64,000 nucleotides of DNA from NCBI GenBank assembly GCA_964247055.1, contig OZ176057.1:2108001-2172000 (forward strand), read 5' to 3'. A program made the position numbers and the translations under genes. Below, one piece after another: positions 37,722-50,442 of this stretch (position 1 is its first letter; every line of letters begins with the position of its first letter). Source of the DNA: Paragordius varius. Lineage: Eukaryota > Animalia > Nematomorpha. A model generated the notes under the pieces. That model saw only the letters and a program-made list of their open reading frames with translations, made no database searches and was not told the origin of the DNA.

Positions 37722-39292
37722 TACCATTTCCCAGTCTAAATAAACGTTTTCCCAGTCAATCGAAACATTTTCCCAGTCAATCGAAACGTTTTCCCAGTCA
37801 ATGGAAACATTTTCCCAGTCAATCGAAACGTTTTCCCAGTCAATCGAAACGTTTTCCCAGTCAATCAAAACGTTTTCCCAGTCAATCGAAACATTTTCCC
37901 AGTCAATCGAAACATTTTCTCAATCAATAAAAACGTTTTCCCAGTCAATAAAAACGGTTTTATTTTTGATGATAAGTATCAAAACAAGATAGAAAAATAA
38001 CTTGTAACCATTATCAGCGTAATATTAGGATATTATTTTTATAAAATCACAATTATTTAATGACAATATTTCCTATATATTCCAATACACAATCAAGAAT
38101 AATTTATTCTTTAAAAGCTATATTTTAGTAACTGGAAGTATATTTTATGGTTTTTAAGTATTTTTAAGAAAATATTTAATAATTTTTTTATTTTATCGAT
38201 GGTTCGCATTAATATTCGAGGCTAACTTTTAAAGTCTATAGTTACGGATAATAAAATTTATAAAAATATACCATTTTTATCGCAAATTGGTCATTTAACA
38301 CTTCGAATTGGATCATAAACATGTCGAATTGTGTAAAAAAATACTGTTCCGAAAAAAATTTGAACAAAACATGGTTTTATATATGTTTTTCATTTAAAAA
38401 TATTATATAAAAAAGGATATTCTAACACAATGGCTTTCGGGCCGCATTTTTAACCCAAAAAGCACGGCGTTCCGAATTCGTATTATATAAGGACATTCAT
38501 AAAAATTTATTCGATCTTAAACATAAGACTGTAAAGTACAAACATAATATATTTTTTAATTCGTTGTCAATTTTATAGACTCATTTAGAATAATAGCGTA
38601 AGAAATATGAATTTTACTAAGATCTTGTTGGCAAATTTTTGCATTGGATTTCCAAATTTTTCGCGGGCCACACAAAGATTTGGAAGGCCGCCTTAGGCCT
38701 CCGATGAACCAAATGATAAATATAAAAATAGGGTAAAATTTATGTTTAAGACCCAATATGAAGTGTTAAATGACCAATTTGAGATAAAAATGGTATATTT
38801 TTATAAATTTTATTATCCGTAACTATAGACTTTAAAAGTTAGCCTCGAATATTAATGCGAACCATCGATAAAATAAAAAAATTATTAAATATTTTCTTAA
38901 AAATACTTAAAAACCATAAAATATACTTCCAGTTACTAATATATAGCTTTTAAAGAATAAATTATTAATGTGTATTGGAATATATAGGAAATATTGTCAT
39001 ATAATAATTGTGTTTTTATAAAAAAATAATATCCTAATATTACGCTGATAATGGTTAAAAGTATATTCATCATCAAAATAAAACCGTTTTTATTGACTGG
39101 GAAAACGTTTTTATTGACTGGGAAAATGTTTCGATTGACTGGGATTCGATTGACTGGGAAAACGTTTCGATTGACTGGGAAAACGTTTCGATTGACTGGG
39201 AAAACGTTTCGATTGACTGGGAAAACGTTTCGATTGACTGGGAAAATGTTTCGATTGACTGGGAAAACGTTTATTTAGACTGGGAAATGGTA
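37722..39292. mobile_element. 1.57-kb foldback element, TACCATTT-ended subfamily B
   Basis: Inverted arms 37722-38304 and 38760-39292. Each starts with an array of 21-bp units (tttcccagtcaatcgaaacgt). TA (or TATA) flanks; empty site at ~7960 in copy 1. Confidence 0.93.
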
Positions 39293-39366
39293 TATCAACC
39301 AAACATCTTTAGCCGTCAAATGAAAAAATGCGAATTTAAAACTTATAACCTAATTTGTATTTGATT

Positions 39367-39371
<5 letters not shown>

Positions 39372-39441
<70 letters not shown>
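39372..39441. repeat. (TA)n microsatellite (others at ~3526, 8040, 10211, 18811, 46337)
   Basis: Direct dinucleotide runs; the counterpart in copy 1 at ~8040 is shorter. Confidence 0.95.
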
Positions 39442-39444
<3 letters not shown>

Positions 39445-39805
39445 AATTTCTCGACCTTGAACTAAATAATACTTGGTAACTAGATCAATAAAATAGTAAA
39501 ATAAAAATTTCTTCCCTGAAAAAAAATTTTTTTTGATACTAATAATCCATATGAAGTTGCAATTTTTACTTAATTATGACAAATGATTGTGTTGATTGTC
39601 ATATCTGTCACCTTAGTTAAAACTTAACTGTAATTTTATTTGTCAAAAACTCTAAACACATTTATTACTGTTTGCTTATATAGCACGATAAAAGATATCT
39701 CATAAGATTATCGATAACCGCAATTATTTTTTTATTTTATAATAGATTATTCTTTTAGGTCTAAAGCAAACAGACCAAATAACCCATTGTATTATGAAAA
39801 TTCCA

Positions 39806-42379
39806 TTAAAAATTTGCCTCCGCAACCTTGTTTTTATTAAAGGTTTTTTTCAGTGGCTTAAATAAATAAAAGATATTATTGATTAAAAGATATCTGTCTA
39901 ATATATTTGCTAAATACATTGTGTATTAAACAATAAATGTTCAATTTCTAACAGGTTTTGTTATTTCTACAGAGTCTATAATATGCGAAACTATGTATGT
40001 TTCTAACAACCAATAGTTACTGAAAATTCACTGCAAATCCTATTTAATTGCGCTCAAAAGATTATAAAATTTAAAGTTTTATCATAAAATGTCTCTATAA
40101 ACCAATTATTAGTAATATAATTAATTCCTTTTTGGAAAATTCTTTTTTTTAAATTTTTATTGCAATTGCATATTTCTAAAATCATGACCCATTTAATAAG
40201 TGTTTTGGTAGATATATAAATTAAAAATCGCTTTCAATCGTAACATTGATATTGACAATATTTACTATAAATTCTGCTGCAAATAGATAGGATTAAACAA
40301 TGTGTTAATCGTAAATAATTATTAAATTATACTCCGTAAAATAGATGTTTAGCCTGCCTTTAACAAAAAACTTATTTTTTAACGTGTTACTACATCAAAG
40401 CCAAAAAAATAATTATATAAATTTATACGTAGGTATGGTATATATTCATTATTAATAATAATTAAGTTTAAAATATAATTATAATTATAAATTTAAAAAT
40501 GCAATGCAATCCAATAATAAATACACTTATAATTATATATATAAACACTCTATGTGTCCGTTAAAATTATTTCGCTAGTCATTTACGTTTTTTTGAAAAA
40601 GCAATTTTTAAATTAACCATAAAATTCGTTCTTGATGGCATTAGCAATTTTAAATATGTGGTTTTTAAAATTAATTTTTTTTGTGAAATTTGGATTGCCG
40701 AAACATCCGTAATTATTTAGATTAAATATAAAGTCTTATTTGAGGTAGATAAATTGGCATGAGAGATATAAGTTCAATCTAGAATATTTAGCAGGTAATT
40801 ATGACATTATTTGACAGATAAGGATTTTTATCACAACTCCAGACCTTTTTCTAATCCCACAAAAAACGGAATATAACAACATTTTTTGATGTATGGATTG
40901 CTTTTGTCCCATACCATAACATTAAAAAATGACTATATATTTTTGTTGACCCTTTTCAATAACGTAAACGGAAATTGAAACCATCTTACCTAATATATAT
41001 CTTTATATTTTCAACCACCCAATAAAAATTACTTTTGATTACTTTGCCATTCACAAGTTTCATAATAAACCATTTACAATTCAAATTCACCATTAAACAT
41101 ATCAAATTCACCCAAAAATAAATTATTTCGGGCTGACATAAATTATTAATATGAGTTATATCTTAACTTATTATATTATTTTTTCAGTATTATTTCAATT
41201 ACAAACGAAATTTCAATTCATAAAAATATAAAAAAATATAGGTAATATTAAATCTTAAAAACACATAAATAATTTAGAGTTAATTTGAATTGTTAAGGGT
41301 TATTTTGAATTGTAAATGGTATAGTATAATCTGAAAATTAAATTTAAAAAAAATAGAAACACATGATTATAAAGATATGGTCATAATTGAAACATTTATT
41401 AACAAAAAAGGATGAAACTATATTTTTATTGAAAAATCGTTGGCAAAATCTAACAGTTTACTTAGAATCCGTTACAAACGTTTAAACGAGGGGCTGCCCT
41501 TTAAAATTTTCCGCGATAAATTTTAAAAACACAATTTTACTAAAACTTAGAAATAATATTTTTTTTTAAAAAACATAATGGTCTTTATTAATTTTAGATC
41601 GAACTAAGCAAAAATTGTTAAAATATATTGCACTTATTGCAGTCTTATGTTTCAAATTTTATAAATATTTGTTGATTTCCATAAAGGTTTGCGCGCCCGT
41701 TTAATTTTTTGTCTAAATGTTAAACACTCCTAATTTAAATCAACTCAAAATAGTCAAATATTCATATAAAATTTGCTAGTTTTTTAATAAAATTAATACC
41801 TCATACTAAGTGTGCTAAAAATTTTAAACTTATACAATTCCCAAAAAAATATATTACGGTACCGGTTTTGAAAATAAATATGTCCAAAATAATTTCTTTT
41901 ATGTTTTTTACCTATAGACTATTAAGGATTGAATGCAATAAAAACATATTTTGGTATTTAAATACATATTTCCCTAGATAAAAAATGTTGGGTAGTTAAA
42001 TAAAATATTAGCTGTTCTTGGTAAACTTTCATACGAACGCGATTAAAAACATTAGCTAACAATAAAGCTAAACCACCAAACACCAAAGTTATAATTAAAT
42101 AGAAATGGACAGGTATATAATTCATGATTATCATTGGAGCAGAGGAAGGAGGGTATTCTAAACCATTTCTCCTGTAGTTACCTGTATAATTTAGGGCGCC
42201 AATAATATTCCTGCTTGATGCTAACGATGTATTATATGTGAATGCGGTTTTAATTTGATCTTTTTCCAACATAGATCGTTTGGGATTAGCCCTTATTCTT
42301 GGGCCACCAAAATAGAGATCAACCAAGGCTTGACAATAAATATTGGACGGGTCTCGCAACAGCGTAACATCAAAGCTAT
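39806..42379 (-). pseudogene. Unidentified membrane protein, copy 2 (exon 42012-42379; putative last exon 39806-39856)
   Basis: Paralogous to 8434-10683. The donor after ...YQEQ reads cag|ctaata (GT changed to CT). Confidence 0.5.
41070..41321. mobile_element. TACCATTT-ended MITE, subfamily A
   Basis: Ends ccatttacaattcaaattcacc and ttttgaattgtaaatggta; absent from copy 1 (~9540). Confidence 0.75.
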
Positions 42380-44028
42380 CTGGTATCATGGTTTTTTTTG
42401 TCAATTTTGTGTGAAAAGATTAAATTTCTTCGTTTTTTTTGTTGATTAGGGAACAAAAATAATTTGAAATGATAATGAGTCTGATATATGTATGTAAAAC
42501 AAGGAGAAGTTGTGAAAAAAATTATAAAAAAATAATTAAATAATATATATATTGGAAGGTGAAAAACACTTTTTTCCGTTTTAATTAAACAATTTGGCCA
42601 ACAAACGTATAAATAAAACTGAGGTAAAAGAATGATGATGATAAAATATATAAGATTAATAAAATAATAGGACCACGGCTCCTAATTAATTCAAGATCTA
42701 TTTTTTTTTAAATTTTGATATACAGGGTAAAACTTATTTTTCTTCTATTTTATCTAAATGATATTTCTGGATTTTTTTGTTTCAGTAAAAAGCATTTTAT
42801 ATAACAAATTTTTATGGTTTATGTGCTTATGTTGTTGTCAAATTTTATCCATACAATATGCATTAAATACAGTAGGGAATGGCTCAATAAAAGCGAAACC
42901 ATAGAAAAATTTGAAAAGAAATCAATTAATTGTAAAAATTGATTATCTATAGACCTTCGTTGAAACCAAACCGAACCCAGAGACAGAGATGATTCCGAAC
43001 TGGAATCTCTTTGAATAAATTTTGGTTCCACTTGCTATATATCGACAAGTGTATATTGGATGCCTCATTCTTTAACAGTTGAAGCTATGCATAGTAGCCT
43101 TAATCGTAAGATATGGCTGGTGACCTGTAAGATGATCCTTTTTCGCGAAATATTTTAATAATTACAATTAAATATTTTGTTTTACCAATCTTAAAAGGGA
43201 AATAGAGAATATTATCTTTAAATGTTTCGGAAAACATGTGAAGACTCATTAATGTTCCGAGAAAAAGTTTTTTAGTCATTTATAAATGAATATTTCCATG
43301 TGTTGCGGCGATTCGGTCTAAAAGTTAATACAAAGAAAACGGAACTTTTATTTTGGTGGTAAAAAAACGACAACAATGATGTACAAATCACAGATGGCAT
43401 TAAAGAAATCAGAAGAGACACTTAAACCTAGAAAAAGATTGATGTGCGGTATGTGCGGTGTATAGAGGAAAGACAAGAAGAGAAATTACATCAGAATAAT
43501 CTGGAAATCAGATAAGGCAAAAGATATGTTAAATCGTCTTAAATGGTTTGGACAGGTAGAAAGAAGAGATAGTAATTACATTGGTGAAAAGAATAATGAA
43601 CATATTGTACTATGATGGGAAAACATGGCCCTAAAACGCGAGGACGCCATAGACAGGGCCTCCTGGTTAAATTGTGAATTGACAGCTCGAAAGAGTGATA
43701 TGTAAATTCGCAGAGGGTGACGCTTTAATTTGCATATTGGTTTTGGCCCATCTCGTATAAAATATAGTTTTTTTAAAAAAAAAGGAAGTCCCCAATGAAT
43801 TTGAATAAATGTGACAGTGTGATTCCATATATTAATATGATTTAATTAGTTTTGAATGAGTCGAAAGTAACTAAACCGTTTTCTAAGTAACCGCTCAGTG
43901 TACACGTAGCGTTGTAAAAACAAATATGGGCTTTAAAGCAAATTTTGCGCTAAACGTATAATCGTAATGGAACAAAAATAATTGGAATCTATTCGCCTAA
44001 GGTATGAGACCGTAAAGATTCTATGAGG

Positions 44029-45290
44029 ATTCCAGGTATTCCCTGTTAAAAGGCAAAAATTCTAGTAGTGCGTTTTTTTCACATTGGCCGCTGGGTAAGG
44101 AGATACCTGCTAAAAATTGCCTCGTCATATCGAAATAGCGTGCCTTTGAGGCTAAATTTCAGAAAACCTATCAGGCCATATGAGTTCAATAAGTGCTTAA
44201 AATATTACCCTCAACAAGGCAAGAATTTAAGTAGTGGGTTTTTAAATTTACCGTTATTAGGCCCTTCGCGCCCTGAAAATGCGTAACCATAGAATGATTT
44301 TTTAGTTTTAAGGCAATTTTCATGAAAACTAATTAAAGTATGTGGAATCAATCATGATTCCAGGTATACTCCGTAAAAAGGCAAACATTTTAATCAAGTG
44401 CTTTTTTGTATCAGCCTTTGAGTAGGCAGCTACCCGCCTTAAATTGCATTGGTTAGGAGTTAATTTTCAGAAAAATTATCAGGCCATATAAGTTTGATAA
44501 GGCTGATATTACCTGTAAAAAGGCAAAAATTTAAGTTGAGTGGTTTTTTTAAATTAATTGTCAATTAGGCTCTTTACGCCCTAAAAAATGCACTATCATT
44601 TAGTTATTATTTAGCTATGAAGCCATTCTTCCAAAAACTATTAAGAACATATGGAATGAGTGATTATTTTAGGTATATCCCTATAAAGTCAGTTTTTATT
44701 GAAGTCTTTTTATATTGGCCTATGTAAAAAGCTACCCGCCTATATCGCCACCATATCGATACAGCGTGACTTTGGAGCCAAATTTCAGAAAATCTATGAG
44801 AGATATTCTTCAAAAAGCAAAAATACCCAACGCTTTGTTTATTCCTGCCCCTGGGTAGGGAACTACCCGCTAAAAACTGAGCCACTATAAAATTACGTTG
44901 TTTTGGGTTTATTTACAGAAAATTTATGAAGCCATATGAGCTCATAAAAAGCTTGAAATATTACCTGTAACCAGGTAAAATAAGGTCACACGATTTTATA
45001 TTAATCGTTAGTTTGCGGCCTTTGTGCCCTAAAAATACGCCATCATATAACGATTATTTAGTGTTGATGTATTTTTTCGAATAACCCAAACCCATGAAAC
45101 GATGGTATTAATGATGATTCCAAATATTTGCCCTATAAAGGGAAAAAATTTAACTCAGCGCTTTTTCCATATAGGTTTATGGGTAGGGGTCCTGTTTAAA
45201 ACTGAGACGACATACGAAAATGGTATTGTTTTGAAGTTAATTTTTCCAAAACTTAGGAAGCCATACGAGTTCAGTTAAACGCATTTCTGG
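44029..45290. repeat. Diverged tandem array of ~310-330-bp units (starts ~44029, 44357, 44666 [short], 44803, 45117)
   Basis: Recurring attccaggtat, aaaaggcaaaaattt, ctacccgc and aatttcagaaaa...gccatatgagtt. Absent from copy 1. Confidence 0.8.
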
Positions 45291-46334
45291 GGAATTTGTA
45301 TAATATCATACTTTCGTTTAAAAAAAGACCACAAATGATTTTTTTATATCCCTTGACCACAGGTGTAGGAACAAAATTTCACCATGATTTGGTAAATCGA
45401 AAATCTTAAAATAATCCAACATAGTTAAATAAAAACTTTAATAAGGGGTTTAAATATGGTCAATTTTGAGTAACCCGTAAAAGAATAATTAAAGACATAT
45501 TAAATATGTTTTTTATTATTTTTTATCTTAATTACCTTTGTTTATTGTAAATTATATAGAATAATTATCGAGACTACGTCACCGCGAAGAATAACAGGAG
45601 TTAGTTTTTTATTTAAATGAGTCCATGGTAACTGATTAATATTTTAAAATGAAAATTATCCTCTTGAAAAAGTTTTTATTACCAAATATTGGCTAAGAAA
45701 ATAAATTCTAAAAACCAATAAGCAGTCAGCTAATAATTTTGGTTAAATTATTTGTGAATCCAAATGTCTAAAGTACTACATTATAGATTTTAAATATATA
45801 ATTTATAACTGTGTGTTTAAGTAACCGAAATAGAACGTCTGACTCAAAGAAATGTAAAATTTTTAAATTAAAAATGATTTAATCGAAAAAAGTAAAGAAT
45901 CACGCATTTATAAATTATAATAAAGTAAATGGCAAAAACGCGTATAAATGATTTTTAAAAAATAAATAGTTAATTTATTTAATAGTTTAAAACGACGAAA
46001 ATTTAACTATGTCTAAAAACGATTAGTTTTGCACACTGGCTTCTCATCTTTTTGTATTAATAACATGATTTTAAACCTGTTGGGTACCTGAGGTGGAAAA
46101 AATTTGTAAAAAATAAAAAAATATAATTAAAATATTTTTTATGTGTAAAAATAAGCCATATAAATTTTAATGAATGTTATTTAAAAAACATATTTGTTTC
46201 TCCATTTAAAGCACCGTAAAAAATTTTGAATAATTAATTGTTCAAAAATTAAGCGTTTAGGCAATAAAAATTTGCGTGAGGCATTTAGGACTAATAATTT
46301 TAAAACGTTATTTAAAAAGTATCAAAATTTTACT

Positions 46335-46370
<36 letters not shown>

Positions 46371-46691
46371 AATTTATTTAATATAGTGTACATCGAGGGC
46401 CCAAATATTTTGACGAAATGATATATATGGATATAAAAGTGCCCAAATTCTTCTCTTTTGGTTTTGGGGCTTACCAGTAGGGATTATCGACATATTGTGC
46501 TAATTAGATTATAAACGCAAAATGAACACGTATTATATCAAGCAATTTTTTAGCCAAAAGCTCCATATTAAATAACATGTAAAACCACTTTTTTGGAACA
46601 TATGAATACATTTGAATCATTTTTTACCCACTTGCAAAAATTTTATATTAGAACAGATAATTTTGATATATGTTTATTGACACATATATTA

Positions 46692-47853
46692 GAAAATCAA
46701 GCCGGATTTATGAAGGGAAATAGCACAACAGACCATATCTCAAACATGAGAAGGATAATGGAAACATCAAAAGAGTTCCAGAAAGAATTATACATGTGTT
46801 TTATTGATTAATATGACTCCTTGTGGGAAACATTAAAGTTAATAGGGGTATCGTCTCACTTAATAAGATTGATTAGCTCTCTGTATGTAAAACAAAGAGC
46901 GATTATTAGAACACCAGCGGGGGACACAGACGAAATACCAATCTTGAAAGGAGTCAGACAAGGGTGTTGCTTATCCCCTTATCTGTTCAATATGTGCACA
47001 GAAATGATAATGAGGAAGTTGGATGGTAAAAATATTGGAGTAAGAATAGGAGGGAGAACAATCAATAATTTAAGGTTTGCAGACGATACCACTCTTATAG
47101 CTAAAGTGCAAATGATTTGAAGGAATTGATTGAAGAGATTCGAAAGGAAAGTTTGAGGTATGGTCTTAGGCTTAATCCTAACAAAACCAAAATATTATGT
47201 ACAGGAAAAAAGCCTACAATTATGGAAGGAGTAGAAATAGAAATAGTTAAACAGTTAACGTTTTTGGGCGCAATAATTTTAGCGTATGGGTCTTCAATTC
47301 CTGACATCAGAAAGAGAATAGGATTGGGCAGAGAAGCGATTACCAAATTAATAAAGATTTGGAAAAACAAAAGCGTAGGAGTTGAAACCAAAAAAAGATT
47401 ACTCTACTGTTTCGTTCTCCCGGTCACCACATATGGATGTGAGAGTTGGACTCTCAGAAAAAAGGACAAAGAAAAGCTCATGGCTTTTGAAAGGAGTTGC
47501 TGGCGTAGGATGCTAGGATACAACTGGAAGGATAAAATTAAGAATGAAAATCTAACTACAGAAATAAAACCTAAAACAAACATCATGGAGATAATTCTAA
47601 AAAGAAAGTTAACATATTTTGGTCATGTCATGCGATCGAATTCTCTGGAGAAAGATACAATGTTTGGGAAGGTAGAAGGGCAAAGGAAATGAGGCCGACC
47701 ACCGACGAGGTGGTTGGATATGATAAAAGAAGAGACCAAAATGACACTGAAAGAGCTCAATATAGCGGTTAAAGATAGAAAAAAATGGAAAGAAATAGTT
47801 AAAACTATATCCAAAAAGTCGTTTACGACTTAGGAAAAACCAACCAACCAACC
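46692..47853 (+). mobile_element. 5'-truncated RTE/BovB-like LINE (RT domain to 3' tail), decayed
   Basis: QAGF...STTDHI, GVRQGCCLSPYLFN, NLRFADDT, YGCESWT, YFGHVMR and LEKDTMFGKVEGQR. The 3' end has an agtcg...cgact hairpin followed by an (AACC)n tail. Several stops and frameshifts. Confidence 0.92.
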
Positions 47854-50442
47854 ATATTTTAAATTAGTAAAGTTTTGTGTAAATTTACTGGCTGAAGTTT
47901 AGACTTTAGATATCGATTTGGCCAACTAAAAAGAGCTGTTTTACACTTCATTACATTAAAATTATTTTGTCGATAACATTTGGGATAGGTAGTCTTCCCG
48001 GTTAAGTAGTAAAAAAATATTGTTTTAAAGTAGTTTTGGTTATTTAATCATCAAACTCTCCTATATTACATAAAAAACGCATAAGTTTTATTTTTTTAAA
48101 CTTGAGTCTCAAATTCATATAGATCCAAAACACGAATGAAACAAACAGCTGATATAAAAATATATAAACACTAAAAATTTGCTATTAAAATAATATTGGA
48201 AAGCCTTTCGAAGTCAATTATTATTATTCAACCGTATACATTTATTTGCTAAGATTTAAAAAATATAATAGCTTTGTAAAAGTAGACATGGGATGTTTTT
48301 ACAATTTTACGCTTTAAAAAATGTTTGCTTACCCCTAAAAGGCTAAAGAGAGCATATTTTTGAATTCCTCAATCCTAAAAATATTTTTTTTCGTTTGAAT
48401 TTAAATGGCCCTAAAGGTATTAAACTAAGCCAAAAGGTCATGAAGCTTTAATAATAATCAATAAATAGATCTCATAGGGTAATCAATTAAAGTTAATGAA
48501 ATTCATCATAGTATCACTTTTCTAGCAATTAAGCAAAAAAGTCAAAATGTTTAGCGTTAACAAGTTTACGGTGATTTTTATAATGATATTTTTTAAATTT
48601 AAAAAAAACCAAATGTGCCATAGAATCCATATTTTTAAATTTAGCCTCAAAATCATAAATTTAAATACTAATATTTGAGAACGCTCTGAGTTAACAAAGT
48701 ACCTCAAATAGTAATAAAGTAAATTATAGAAAAACATTATCTATTATTTTAAATGCCTCCAAAATCTAAAATATTTGATGGTTTAAACTAAAAATAGCGA
48801 TATTTAGATGTTCATCGAAATATTTTTTTAAATGCATACGCTGATTATAATTAAAATTTTGCAAATTTATGATTTGGTAGTTAGATGGAAAGTATAAGTT
48901 TTAAATATGATAAAAATCTTTTATATATAAAACTAAATGGGCCTTAGCCCGGGTTTTACCATTTTTTGCCTACGTTCCACCAAATAAATTCAAAAATAGA
49001 AGGTTCCTGTCTATAACAATAATAGTTTTTATTGAAAAATTTATAAAACCCCGTTTTTGGCAGTCGCTACATTCATATTCTTTGCTTCAATTTTACTTAT
49101 TCAATTAGATGCCGTCCTAGTTTTGTCAATATAGTTAGTCTTTAACAAAATTGATAACGCAAACTGAAAAATGGTTTTAAAACAAACTTAAATTAACTCA
49201 AAAAACAAAATAATAATTAAACCTTTCGTTTATAATAATCGCAGACTAGTTTCATAACATATCAATACGAAACAAATTGACTCGGGCTTTTCACCTACTT
49301 TTCACAGTTTTAGTATAAATGTAGTCAGTATCACAAATTAAAATTATTTATGATGAAATTTATTTACCAAATAAACTAAAAATTTAAACCTAGACCCTAG
49401 GTTAAACTCTTTGTTGTGAAATTTCATGATTATAAGATTTGATAAATGTTTTCATCGTAGCAAAACCACTTATTTTTATTTAAATGCTTTGCTTAATGTG
49501 TGCATTTGTTTTTGCATCAATATTTATAAATGTGTTGTGTAATCTTTTTCCCCTTGATAGCAAGCGCTGCAGAGCACAGTAGTGCATACAATGGGAATTA
49601 GTGATTAAAAAATTAATCCCCTTCGTTGAATATGATTTTTAAATATAATTTTATTTCCACTTGCTGATGAGACAAATATTACGGCACAATAATATTTTTT
49701 TGTCATACACAAATATTTATATGTATATATGTATATATATATATCTATAAAAATATAAATTATAAAATATGTATTTTATTGTAAATGTCACGAAATTCCC
49801 AAGAGTTTTGTTTGATTTTTTTTAGATGCAGATAAAATTGCTTAATTTCCAATTTTTATGTCATTTTTAAGTATATAGGATAAACTATATTTTGTACCCT
49901 TTGTTACTATGTTAAAATTATTTTTTTCCCCAAAATTTTCCAAATATTTTTGAAAGTAATTTGTTGGTAATAAATCACTTTTTCTTTTTTCGTTCTTTCG
50001 TTTTCTTATAATTGATTTTAGTAGTGTTTTTTATTGAATATTTTTTTCACTTGCCATGGTGCAAATTTATTAATAATTATGTTGTACAATATATTTTTTA
50101 TAGATTATTAATGAATGATAATTTACAAATTCATTTCGGAATGCTATTTATCAAATAGCAAATTGATACCCCCCTATTTTTATACATTTGGTATTTATTT
50201 AACCATTATAACTACTATGTTATTAATTTTTTTGTTCAGTATTTAATAAATATCCATGTTTTGAGATTGGAATCCTTTTTACAAACTGAATTATATTTTA
50301 TTCTCTTTAAAAATGTGTATATCAGTTGAAAACTACTATAAAATGGAATAGAAATCACCTTACCCTACCTAAATAACCATGAAAACTCTGATAAACCATC
50401 GGCGTGGTTAAAATTGATTTTTTTTCGAAGCACAAATATAAC

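Larger units (their letters stand above)
28616..45790. repeat. Segmental duplication, copy 2, enlarged by copy-specific insertions
   Basis: Colinear with 1-12525. Extra sequence at 31099-32222, 37722-39292, 41070-41321 and ~43960-45560. Confidence 0.95.

Noticed and set aside
37686-39302. ORFs with 7-aa repeats (ETFSQSI, DWENVSI, RLTGKTF) and a CRISPR-like look
   Set aside because: These are head-to-tail 21-bp units with no unique spacers, open on both strands, inside transposon arms, with no cas genes in a eukaryotic context.
47101-47851. Minus-strand ORFs over the LINE
   Set aside because: Antisense shadows of the RTE reverse transcriptase frame.
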